Shown here: positions 40,125 to 49,908 of the stretch, one piece after another
Numbering within the stretch: position 1 is the stretch's first letter
Layout: each line of letters begins with the position of its first letter
From: Alphaproteobacteria bacterium
GTDB taxonomy: Bacteria > Pseudomonadota > Alphaproteobacteria > SP197
DNA: 64,000 nt
Direction of reading: 5' to 3'
NCBI GenBank assembly: GCA_964291415.2
Contig: OZ219918.1
Location: 1,252,672 to 1,316,671, forward strand
The notes under the pieces: model-generated
What the model was told of the DNA's origin: nothing
Databases searched by the model: none
Seen by the model: only the letters and a program-made list of their open reading frames with translations
Position numbers and translations under genes: made by a program

Positions 40125-40829
40125 ATGAGACGTTCGGCAGCGACGATCGCAGCGTCCCTTGGCATGGCGCTGATACTCGACGCGAACGCTGGCGACCTCG
40201 TCGTTCGCGTCGCGACGTATGAGCACCAGGGCTGTCATGTTGGCAACAGTCGCTACCTGCCAGCCGGGGCAGAAGACGGGAGCGCAGTCCGTCACGTTTT
40301 TCCGGGAGGGGAACAGCAGTGCAGGACAATGATCGAGCACAAGCAGCAAGGGTGTCGAATGGCGGTCATTTTCCCGTCCACGAATGAGGGCACCCCATGG
40401 CAGCCGGGAGAGAAGGAGCCCTCCTGTCTCGCCGAGTTCGCCGCCGAGGTTCAACGATGCATCGCGCACTATGAACTGGAGAGCGCGAAATGCGCCGGTG
40501 ACGACGACAACGCCAGCCCCGGCGCCGCCGTTCTTGAGTCCGCCATCGAGCGCTCGGTGTTCGACGGCACCTGGCTGGTCCAAGGACAATCCAATCAAGG
40601 AGTCACCTTTACGTACATCTGCACGCTGACGACCCGTGGTTCCAGCATTGAAGAGCGCTGTACCGGAGAGGGTGTCCTGCCCGGCGATGTCCAGACAGGA
40701 GTCGTGAGCGGGCAGGTGGCCCGGCTTGCAGCCACCAGTGGTAGCTACGTCACCGAATTGCGGGCAGTGGACCAAGACACCCTGGTCTTCACATACCGAT
40801 ACGGCAGCGGCACCTACAAGCGGCAGTAA
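40125..40829 (+). CDS. secreted Cys-rich hypothetical protein
   Basis: Signal peptide MRRSAATIAASLGMALILDANA, 8 Cys, C-terminal FDGTW beta domain. Confidence 0.65.
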   Translation: MRRSAATIAASLGMALILDANAGDLVVRVATYEHQGCHVGNSRYLPAGAEDGSAVRHVFPGGEQQCRTMIEHKQQGCRMAVIFPSTNEGTPWQPGEKEPSCLAEFAAEVQRCIAHYELESAKCAGDDDNASPGAAVLESAIERSVFDGTWLVQGQSNQGVTFTYICTLTTRGSSIEERCTGEGVLPGDVQTGVVSGQVARLAATSGSYVTELRAVDQDTLVFTYRYGSGTYKRQ

Positions 40830-41057
40830 CCCAGGAAACATCACGGCGGGCGGGCCAGTCCGACGACCACTCACGATGGCACAGCCACCGAGCCCCGACG
40901 CATGACGGCCGATCCGGCGACGCGGCCCGGCCCGATCGGGCCGCCATCGCGCGGAAGTCCGCCTTCTCCGTGGGGAACCGCTCGGCCTTGCGCCGCAGAC
41001 GCCGCTTCCGCAACGTCATCCGGCTTTCGGTCTGCCATTCCGCCGCCCGCCAGGCCC

Positions 41058-41827
41058 CATGCGCCGGGCCGCAGGAGAATCACATTCAAGAATCACCGAA
41101 TACAAGGTTGTCGACTACGCGTGGGTCAACCGCGGAGGATGGCGGGATTCGCGTGTACGCCTGCATGACGGCGAATTGCACACATCGTGTCGAACCAGCG
41201 GACAAAGTGCGAAACGTCAGCGCCGCCGCCATCGACAACCACGCTTGGCAGAACCCGAGTGCCGACTCAGTGTGAGAGCAGCGAATTCTAGGAAAGAACA
41301 TGAAAACGATAGATGTGAGATCTGAAACAACATAGGAAAAACACACGCTAGATGCTATGATATTGGGTCAGATCATGCAAGTCGAAAGAAGGGAATAGAA
41401 GTATTCCATCCAAGCGAAGCCAGCGTTGGCCTTACCTGGCCAGCGTGCCGGCGGCGGCTGTGGAAACAACGCCGCACTTTCCGCCAGGCGACCTGGAAGG
41501 GGAGTTGATCGTGGCGCATGCGGAGCGGTGCCCGGATCGCCGCAGGTACGGCGCCGGGAGCGGGGAACGCTTCCGACATGGTCCGAACAGGGAATGCGCG
41601 TTGGCCACCCTGCGATTCGTGCCCGCACCAGGATTGCCGGAATGTGATCCGTCAAAACGGTCCCGCCCGTAATGCCAGGTCGAGAGAACAGGGCTTACAA
41701 CCTGTCCTGTCTTGCCTGCCCGTGCGTTTGCAGAACAGGCCGGTGTGTCACTTCCGTCTGTTCGTCGTGCCGCCCGGGCGCTGCAGGACCGGCGAAGCGC
41801 GACACCCCGTTTGCCGTTAACCGCTAG
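41058..41827 (+). repeat. dispersed non-coding module, copy C (most complete)
   Basis: 5' part aligns with copy A and 3' part with copy B. CTATGAT and CAGATCATGCAA at 41369-41380. Confidence 0.8.
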
Positions 41828-42817
41828 ATGAGAGTAGTGCCCAATGGCGTGTGCATGGGATCGGTCCTGCTGCTCGCCGCCTGCGGCGGGGACGGACCGG
41901 TCCCGGGCGCGATGGAGGATCCCTTTCCGCCGCTCAAGGCACTTGGGACGGTCTCGGACCCGGATCAAGTGAAGCTGAGGGTCCTCAGCGCCGACTCAAC
42001 GATTCACGAGGCCGTGCGCGGCGTCGTGACATCCGGTCGTTCCACCGCCATCGGGACGTGGGACGGCCAAGTCATCGGCATCATAATCCCATTCGGTGCC
42101 GGATACCGCGCCATGACCTCGACCGATCACGCCACGAACGGACCCACCACTATCGAGAGCCCGGTCCGTGGCGCTGGCCACCAATTGACGACAGTTGGGG
42201 TGGGTGGAACCTCTGGCGACGTTCACGCACTGGGACGACTCTCCGTCGATTGGGCATCGGACGACCCCACCAACTACCTCGCTGGTGGCCACTGGATCGT
42301 CGTGGACCTATCCGATCCGGAAATGCCCGTGGCGAGCGCGGGGGCCTCTCTGGATGGCCCAATGCTCGATTCGGCACCCGACGTGCGGACGACCGGTTTA
42401 GCGACCTACACGGGCCGCGCCGGCGGACTGCACACCGTCATCTATTCCGATGGCTGGTTCGCGGCGGGAGAGTTTGACGCGAACATCACCCTCGAGGCCG
42501 ACTTCGACGCCATGGAGATCTCCGGGTTGATCGATGACATCTACTCCACTGAGGAAGGCATCTTCGAGGGTGAACTGGAGTCATACGAACGGTCGACGCG
42601 CCCATATGCCCTGGTACTCGGGACGGCCCCCATCGACGGAACGACGTTCGCCGGCGACGTCGACGTGACCACACCAGCTGACAACATCGCGTCATCGACC
42701 GGTAGGTGGGACGGACAGTTCATTGGAGAGGGGACCGTGGGGACCTTCGGTTCCACGTGGGTCCATGACAGTGGTACCGAGGGTCAGTACATTGGTACCT
42801 TCTTCGCCACCGAGTAG
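41828..42817 (+). CDS. lipoprotein with TbpB-like beta-barrel
   Basis: Lipobox LAAC+GG, DDPTNYLAGGHW, DGP, ATYTGRAGG, LEADFD...ISG, WDGQF, GTFG. Confidence 0.75.
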   Translation: MRVVPNGVCMGSVLLLAACGGDGPVPGAMEDPFPPLKALGTVSDPDQVKLRVLSADSTIHEAVRGVVTSGRSTAIGTWDGQVIGIIIPFGAGYRAMTSTDHATNGPTTIESPVRGAGHQLTTVGVGGTSGDVHALGRLSVDWASDDPTNYLAGGHWIVVDLSDPEMPVASAGASLDGPMLDSAPDVRTTGLATYTGRAGGLHTVIYSDGWFAAGEFDANITLEADFDAMEISGLIDDIYSTEEGIFEGELESYERSTRPYALVLGTAPIDGTTFAGDVDVTTPADNIASSTGRWDGQFIGEGTVGTFGSTWVHDSGTEGQYIGTFFATE

Positions 42818-43149
42818 GGATAAGTGCTCACATGGCCAACGAGAACGATGAATCGGAAGACCTGACGGTCCCGGCGACCCCAGAGGAGTTGGCACGAGCG
42901 ACGTGGAGCGCCAAGGCCCTCTGGAGCGGTGCGGCAACTGCCGACGCTGGCACCGATGGGTCGACGACCGAGAGGGGTACGGGGAGTGCAAGGCTCAACC
43001 GGACCTCGCCGGGTTCCGACGGTTCACGAGCGAGGAGTCTCACTGGTGCCTCAAGTATGACGGGATCATGAGACTGTAGTCGAGGCGCGGGCCGGATTTG
43101 GACCGGCGTACGAACATTTGAAGTGTCCTGCCTGATATGTATTGACCTG

Positions 43150-43453
43150 TCTATACCGGCTCGGTCCGTTTCTATCCCGACCTCCTTTTGGCATGACGGG
43201 AGCGGACCGCGGGCGGCTTGCTGCGACGGTGGATCACTCTGATATCCGTGGGTTGGTTACCACCTGACTTCACTTCGTCGCGGAGCTGCCTCTGTCTAAT
43301 GACGCGGGTTGACGAACGTTCCGGTTCGCCGCGCATAGGCAGAACGAGGGTTCTCCTCACCGGCCACCCGCGTTCCGCACCCGTCATGCCTGATCGTCCT
43401 TTGTTGGTTGCCTTGCCAGGCAGAGTTGTTGGTTGTTTCAGGATCTGCGGCAT
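43150..43453 (-). ncRNA. candidate bridge/seek RNA of the IS110 element
   Basis: ~300-nt non-coding region downstream of the transposase, containing short matches to the element end and to the target flank. Confidence 0.6.
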
Positions 43454-44581
43454 TCAGGTCAGGGCACGACTGCCGTGGGGACGGCCAGCCATCTCGCAGG
43501 CGATGGCCCATATGAAGCCGGCCAGCTCGCGGGCCACGGCGGTGGTCACCTGGCAGTGCGCCTTGCCGGCATGGGAGAGCCGCCGGTAGCGGCCGCACAG
43601 GCGTTTCTGGGCAGCCCAGGCGAGGGCCTGGACCCGGGGCGGGGCCGAGGCGGCCTTGCGCTGGAGATGGGCCGTCTTGCGGGCCGCGAAGCGATAGCTC
43701 CAGGCGGCCTCGACGAGCACGCGGCGCACGTGGCCGTTGCCGGTCTTGGTGATTCCACTCCGCCGCCGCCGTGCGCCTGAGGAGTGCTCGCTGGGCACCA
43801 GGCCGAGATGGCTCATCAGTTGACGGGGGCTGTCGAAGCGCGTCAGGTCGCCGAGTTCGGCCAGCACCGTCACCGCGGTGAGAACGTTGACGCCGCGCAG
43901 GCTGATCAAGGCCTCCACCAAAGGACGCAACGACCACGTGGCGACAGCCTGGTGGATCTGTTCGTCCAGGCCCGCCACCCGGCGCTGGGCGTCCAGCACC
44001 GCATCCACGTACTCCTGGAACACCACCTGCTGCATCGGATGCTCGAAGGACTGCTCCTCCAGCCAGCGGAAGTGCGCCTGCGTCCAGCGGCTGCGACCCG
44101 CGTAGATCCGCTCGTGGCGTAGCAGGAACGCTCCCAGGCGCTGCCTGGCCTTGAGCTCGATCGCCTTCATGTCCTCGCGCGCCCGCGTCAGGTCTCGCAT
44201 CGCCTCCTGATCGGCGTCGGGAACCCACACCCGACGCAACTCCCCGGCGCGGTGAAGACGCGCCAGGTTCAGCGCGTCACGACGATCCGTCTTCACCCGG
44301 TCACCCGCCTTGCGCGGAACCAGGCTCGGCGCCACCACCATGCAGTCGTGGCCCGTCGCCACAAGCTCCCGGTACACCCCATAGCCGCAGGGACCGGCCT
44401 CATAAGCGAAGCTCAACACTTCGCCATGCGAACTCAGCTTGCCAACCAGGCGACGCAACGATGAACGCTTGTTGGAGATCTCGCCCCGGTACACCGGATC
44501 CTCTCGACCCGGCACCGCAACCGCCACCGCGATCGTCTCCTTGTGGACGTCCAGACCAACGAATGCGTTATACTCGACCAT
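43454..44581 (-). CDS. IS110-family DEDD recombinase/transposase
   Basis: GLDVHKE, YEAGPCG, KTDRRDA, GLVPSEHSSG, ITKTGN, AVARELAGFIW. Confidence 0.95.
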   Translation of the reverse strand: MVEYNAFVGLDVHKETIAVAVAVPGREDPVYRGEISNKRSSLRRLVGKLSSHGEVLSFAYEAGPCGYGVYRELVATGHDCMVVAPSLVPRKAGDRVKTDRRDALNLARLHRAGELRRVWVPDADQEAMRDLTRAREDMKAIELKARQRLGAFLLRHERIYAGRSRWTQAHFRWLEEQSFEHPMQQVVFQEYVDAVLDAQRRVAGLDEQIHQAVATWSLRPLVEALISLRGVNVLTAVTVLAELGDLTRFDSPRQLMSHLGLVPSEHSSGARRRRSGITKTGNGHVRRVLVEAAWSYRFAARKTAHLQRKAASAPPRVQALAWAAQKRLCGRYRRLSHAGKAHCQVTTAVARELAGFIWAIACEMAGRPHGSRALT

Positions 44582-44949
44582 GACCTGCCCTCCTCGATGT
44601 GGCTCTGTACTCAAAGGGTTCCTGACCTCGAGAATAACCCACGATCCTCGAGGCCAGGGCAGGTCAATCCATGATGTCTAACCTGACTTGGCCACCGCGC
44701 CACACGAAGAGACCGCCCCGGATTCGGTGTCCCGCGTGGTTCTCGTCTGATTCCATTTATCCGGTGACTTGTTGACTCCTCGGAAGAGGAGTCTGCGTGC
44801 AGAGTCCGGGGGTTAGCCTCGCGCGGGCGCGAGGGGCGTTGTTAGAGAGAGCTGTAATCGCCCAAGCCAAGGCTGTTGGCGCGTACCCGCACGCGAGGAG
44901 GGAGCGGGCAGGCGTATCGCGCGAGGTGCTTCAGGCCGGTTGCTAATGC

Positions 44950-45273
44950 ACGCCGCAACTGGCTGTTCTGCTGGAGCGAGTCGGGCGCGGAAGCCCTCGG
45001 GATCCTGCAGAGCCTGGTGTTGACTTGCCGCCTGCACGGCGTCGATCCGTACACGTGGCTGGTCGATGTCCTGCAGCGGGTCTCGACCCATCCCGCCCGG
45101 GACGTGGCCCAACTGACGCCGCGTCTGTGGAAGGACCGCTTCGCCGACAACCCGATGACATCCGACGTCTGCAGGGCCGTGCCCGCGAAGGTGCCGCAGG
45201 CGGCTTGACAATCGCAGACTGGTCAAGAGTGCGGGTCGCCCGGCGTCAGGGACATCGCAAAATGTCCGCATGC
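44950..45273 (+). pseudogene. IS66 tnpC 3' end and terminal repeat remnant
   Basis: RRNWLFCWSESGAE...TPRLWK, highly similar to 23632-23953. Ends CGCAAAATGTCCGCATGC. Confidence 0.85.
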
Positions 45274-45332
45274 CCCGTTGATTCGCCGGGGCGGTGGACG
45301 ATAACGTTCCATGCCGGCTGAAAGAGAGCGCG

Positions 45333-45512
45333 ATGCGACCGAGACTTCAGCGAGACGAGCCTGCGCGCAAGTCTGGCGGAGGGTTGCGAAACACAGTGAT
45401 TCTGGTTGTGTCTGCAGTACTATTCTTGCTTGTTGTTTATGTCTTGGCGGACAAACACTACAGCGATTACTGGTCTCAACACGAATGTGAGTATCATGGT
45501 TCCTGCGACTAG
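45333..45512 (+). CDS. small single-TM hypothetical protein
   Basis: VILVVSAVLFLLVVYVL hydrophobic helix with a C-terminal Cys pair. Confidence 0.4.
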   Translation: MRPRLQRDEPARKSGGGLRNTVILVVSAVLFLLVVYVLADKHYSDYWSQHECEYHGSCD

Positions 45513-45666
45513 AACCTCACGTGAAACCCATTCAAACTGATCAGTGCCTTGCAAGTCGTCAGTCGGTTCTCCGCTCGGCGGGATGCGACCCGGTTGCATC
45601 CAGTTCGGGCGTTCCGCCGTGGCGCAGCGTGCGGTCCAGCGACCGGCGTTGCGCTTCAGACAAGGG

Positions 45667-47883
45667 TCAGCGTGGCAGCGGCGACAATGTGTCGCCTGGC
45701 ATCGAACGAGCCTTGATGAGGTATGCGGACAGCTTCAGCGCCAGTTCGTTGTCGTCCCGTTGCAGCAGGTGCATCGCGGCCGGGCTCAGCATCATCGTAC
45801 GGCAGGCGATCCGGGCCTCAGCGGTCGACTCCGCAGGATGTTCGGAAAAGGCGGCCCAGGGTTCGATCACGTCGCCCGGACCGCACTGGCAAAGGCGGCG
45901 TCCCGCGGGATCGTGGATGGACACCTCGCCCGCCACGAGGAAATGCGCGCCGGCCTGAAACGCGCCCCGCTCGGCCAGTCTTTCCCCCGCCCCGAACGTT
46001 CGCGGTTCCAGCCAGGGTTCGAGTCGTTCGATCAGTTCCTCGAACACGATCTGGGAGTCAAGGTGGCGCACCAGATCGTCCGTGACGCGGGACAGCAACG
46101 CGCCGCGGCCCGCGTCGCCGGCCCTCGCGAGTTCCTCGGACGCGGTCGCGAGAATGGCGTCTTCCCCGCGTTCCAGCCCGTGATCGAGATCCCTCTCGAA
46201 CCGCAGGAGCCCCTCGTCGCTCGCCGCGAGGTGCTGCCGCAGGTGTGTTTGCAGCTGTTTCGACGCCTCGGTGATCAGGATCTTTGATCCGCCCGCGGAA
46301 CGCGCGAATTGGCACAACATGTCGATGGCGGAAAAGTCGCAACCCGACACGGCGGCGAAGTCGAGCAGAATGACGGTCGGGCACGTTCCCTGCGACATCG
46401 GCTGCCTCAGTCGTTCGACCAGTCGGTGGGCGCTGCCGAAGAAGATGTAGCCCCGCAGCCGGTAGACGCGCAGAGAGTCGCCGCGATCCTTCAGAAGGAC
46501 GCGGTCGGGAACGGACCGGACTCGCGTGCTGGCGCGGTCCCGTCCGGTGAATTCCTCGGAGACGACGTTCACCCGGCTCACCCGGAAGGTGAATACGGCC
46601 AGGGTGGCGAGCATTCCCACGCCGACGCCTTCGATGAAACCGAAGACGGCGATGGCGACGCCGATAAGGACGATGATGGCGTATTCGGTCGGGGGCAGCC
46701 GGGTGCCGGCCCGGATCAGCCAGGTGCGCAGCAGGTCGCCGCCGATGAAGAACAGCACCCCGCCGATGACCGGCATCGGCAGGAGTTCCAGTACGCCGGT
46801 GCCGTAGAACAGGGATACCCCGAGGACAACGGCGACGATGACGCCGATCCACGGCGTGTCGACGCCGAGCCTGCGGCACGGCTGCGTGAAGACGAAGGAC
46901 TGGCACCCCGGCACGCTTCCCCCGGCGCCCGCCAGGATGTTGGCGATGCCGGCCACGCGAAACTCCCGGTCCAGATCGATCTCGACGCCAGTCTCGACCT
47001 GCAGGCCGTTGACGTAGACCAGCAGACACAGCAGGGTGACCAGCGCGACGGTGAGCAGGTCCGGCACGAGGCCCGCGACGACACGCCAGTCGACATTCTT
47101 CAGATCGCCGATACCGAAAGCGGGCCAGAAGGCGCCCTCCTGGAATACCCCCGACATGAGCAGGCCACGCGCCCGGGCGTCCGCCAGGGGAATGTCGAGG
47201 ACGAGCAGGCCGACATGGTAGAGCCCGGCAACGAGGGCAACGCTCCCCATCATGGTGACGAAGGTGCCGCCGCGGCTCATGACGACGACGAGAACGAACC
47301 CGTAGAGCGCTCCCGGCGCCCATTTCCACGCCATGTCGGAGTCGAGGAGCCGGGGAACCGCCCGCCAGTCCACGGCTTCCCCGCTCATCACCGAAAAGGA
47401 CGCCAGAACCAGCACGAAACCGGTACCGGCGAAGAAGCCGCCCGTCACCGGATAGGGGATGAAACGGAAGAAGCCGGCCAGGCGGAAATGTCCGATGGCA
47501 TAAAGGAGCAGGCCCGTGACCACACCGGAGAGCAGCAACAGCGCCGCCATGGTCGCGAATGCCGCGTCGCCCGACGCGGCGGCCGTACCGCCGGCGACGG
47601 CGGCGCTGAGCGTACCGATCGCGGTCGCCGGCACTTCCTGAGGACAGGCGAGCATCCCGGAAAAACTGCTCGCCGCTCCGATCAGAAGGCAAATGACCAC
47701 GGCGCCGAACAGCATCATCCCGGCACCCTGAACCGCGTAGGGAAGCAAGGGCCCGTTGAACACGATGGCGGCGAGCGCAAGACAGTGAATGAGGAGAACG
47801 GCGGCCACGAGGACGCCGACGGCCAGCGCCCGGAGCATTGCTGACGAAAACAGGTCGCCCCGCATTTGCGACAATCGCGTCAT
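45667..47883 (-). CDS. SulP-family anion transporter with STAS and cNMP-binding domains
   Basis: RFIPYPVTGGFFAGTG, DLDREF...GIAN, LRGYIFFGSA and LDFAAVSGCDFSA (STAS), C-terminal cNMP-like domain. Confidence 0.9.
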   Translation of the reverse strand: MTRLSQMRGDLFSSAMLRALAVGVLVAAVLLIHCLALAAIVFNGPLLPYAVQGAGMMLFGAVVICLLIGAASSFSGMLACPQEVPATAIGTLSAAVAGGTAAASGDAAFATMAALLLLSGVVTGLLLYAIGHFRLAGFFRFIPYPVTGGFFAGTGFVLVLASFSVMSGEAVDWRAVPRLLDSDMAWKWAPGALYGFVLVVVMSRGGTFVTMMGSVALVAGLYHVGLLVLDIPLADARARGLLMSGVFQEGAFWPAFGIGDLKNVDWRVVAGLVPDLLTVALVTLLCLLVYVNGLQVETGVEIDLDREFRVAGIANILAGAGGSVPGCQSFVFTQPCRRLGVDTPWIGVIVAVVLGVSLFYGTGVLELLPMPVIGGVLFFIGGDLLRTWLIRAGTRLPPTEYAIIVLIGVAIAVFGFIEGVGVGMLATLAVFTFRVSRVNVVSEEFTGRDRASTRVRSVPDRVLLKDRGDSLRVYRLRGYIFFGSAHRLVERLRQPMSQGTCPTVILLDFAAVSGCDFSAIDMLCQFARSAGGSKILITEASKQLQTHLRQHLAASDEGLLRFERDLDHGLERGEDAILATASEELARAGDAGRGALLSRVTDDLVRHLDSQIVFEELIERLEPWLEPRTFGAGERLAERGAFQAGAHFLVAGEVSIHDPAGRRLCQCGPGDVIEPWAAFSEHPAESTAEARIACRTMMLSPAAMHLLQRDDNELALKLSAYLIKARSMPGDTLSPLPR

Positions 47884-48429
47884 GCGCGCGCGCCGCAATC
47901 GCAACGGGTCCGGCGGCTGGCCCTGCCGAGTCCGCTCAGCGGGGCGTCCGCGCCCAATCGGTGAATCGGTCCGTTCTCGTTCATCATGGATACTCCAGCC
48001 GATCCGGCGTGCCGACGCAGCCGCTCGCATGCCTTTGGCATGGGCCCCACCGTCCGCAGTCGAATGCGAAGCCAAGCGATGCGATCGGCCCCACCCCGGC
48101 CTGATGCCGGCAGAACCCGGCGACAACCGCGCTGCACACTCCCTCTCAGACACACGACCGTCGGCTCCCGTCCCGGACGGAAGCCGACGGTCCTCACCGC
48201 GGAAACTAGCAAAGAATGTGTAGTGGTTGCATGGTACTGTGCTTGCTTATAGTAGTATTATGATGGTCATCGGGTGCTCAGGCCGCCTCGATACGGCCCG
48301 GAACTATTGGTGGCCGGAGGTAACCACCGCCTTCCCGGCGCCGCGCGCCAAGCGCGTATCCCTCGGCGGCGCCGGTCCGGACAGGGCCCGGCAGCCGGCC
48401 GGGATGAAGGAGGGGCAAGGCGGATCATG

Positions 48430-49058
48430 AACGAGCCGGGGAAGAGTGGTTGCCGCAGAACCTTTGGGTGAGGTCAAGAGTGCGATGGTCGCCGTCGGAA
48501 AGCGGCCGGACGTACCGTCGCTGTCCGGTGCGCAGGGGTGTTGGGACAGGGCAGTGGTGGGTCTTGAGGTCGGTGGAACGGGCTTCGTTCACGCACACAC
48601 GCCAATCGAGGTCGCCGAAAGGAAACCGGAACCGGACCCCGAGACCGGAGCGGTCTGCGACTGGGCCATGACGTGGAGCGTGACGCGCGGCCAGCGCATA
48701 TCGGAGGAAGGGGTTGCCGGGCTCCGCGTGAACACGGCGAATGGAAGAGCACGTGCCTGCAGAACCGGCCGAACGGTGGGTACGGCACCCGACGAAAGAC
48801 GAGACGAGTACGCCGTTGTCGAGCGTTGGCGGGCACGAACGGCAGGAAGAAGTCGAGGCGATCGTGAGGAACGTGAAGTGCGGGAAGGTCGACGCCGGGA
48901 CGACCGCCCGGAAACCGCAGGCCGGGAGGATGGGAGTCCTCGAATCCAACATCCCCCTGTCGATGCTCGGGATTCCGGCGGGCATGATGGAGGGGGCATG
49001 GAAGGACCGTCCGGTTTTCAGCTTCGGCTGCACGGATCCAGGGATACCGGGACGGTGA
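48430..49058 (+). pseudogene. hypothetical protein, probably frameshifted
   Basis: Two overlapping + ORFs (48446, 48741) with protein-like composition. No family recognised. Confidence 0.3.
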
Positions 49059-49389
49059 CCCGGAGCACTCAGGAGTCGTGATAGATGGCGCCGGATTTGG
49101 CGGCCGGCGCCGCGGAGGTGGCGCTCGATCTCGCGGTGGCGGAGGCGAGGCCGACCGCGATCCGCTCGAAGGCGGCCGTCATTTGCGGCGGCCCGGGGCG
49201 CTGGTCCGCGACCCAGTCGAGATCGGTCCTGAACTCTGACGAGGTGACGCGCGGATCCGTCATGGGGTCGTTTTCCGGACGCGCCTGCCTTCGGCAAGGC
49301 ACAGCGTCGGAGAAATGCGGCCTGGCAGGTCGGGTGCCGGCGGGGTTCCTGTTCACCCTGCTCGCCGGCAATCAGGGCGCGCCGGACCG

Positions 49390-49560
49390 CGGCCGGCCCG
49401 TCGCGTCGACGGTCGCGATGAGGCCGTAGCGCGCGCAGGTCACCGCACGGAAGCTCTCGACCGCCTCCAGCAAGACGGTGTCGATATCAAGGCTTGCGCC
49501 AATACGCAGGATGGCCGCGACAGCGCCGGGGCGCGCTCGCACAGCGCATCGGACTCCGGG
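49390..49560 (-). pseudogene. GAF-domain signalling protein remnant
   Basis: AAILRIGASLDIDTVLLEAVESFRAVTCARYGLIATVD. Confidence 0.7.
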
Positions 49561-49908
49561 GCCGTCCCGGTGCGTCTGGTCAACGGCCTCCCTCGACGAT
49601 GGCGCGCAAGGCCCGGTCCGGCGCCGTGCAGGCGCAAACGCCGGCAATGCGCGGTGGCACCGCACCGGGAGACGCCGTGCCCATGCGACGCCCGGGTCAG
49701 TGCCTGACCCGCAATCGGTGCGGGTGCACAGTCCACCGTGCAGGCCGAAGCGATCGTAATGGCCACGGAAAAAATATCACAACAACGGCAATCTCTACAC
49801 ACATAACACACAAGATCGTTCATGGTGCCGTCGGTAGAAACATCACAGGGGCGGTGTTGGTCAAGGAGTCTCCTCCTCTCGCCCGCTCCCATCAGCGTCG
49901 GAGCTGAC

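Larger units (their letters stand above)
43132..44679 (-). mobile_element. IS110-family (IS1111-type) element
   Basis: Sub-terminal IRs ATGTATTGACCTG (43137-43149) / CAGGTCAATCCAT (44660-44672), 12/13. CT core at 43132-43133 and 44678-44679. Long 3' non-coding region. Confidence 0.85.

Noticed and set aside
42832-43071. 79-aa ORF with PATPEELARA, reminiscent of small IS1595-associated ORFs
   Set aside because: Too short and no accompanying transposase or IRs recognised.
47884-48153. N-terminal extension of the SulP ORF
   Set aside because: Arg/Pro-rich and non-homologous. ATG 47883 (or the next Met) fits better.
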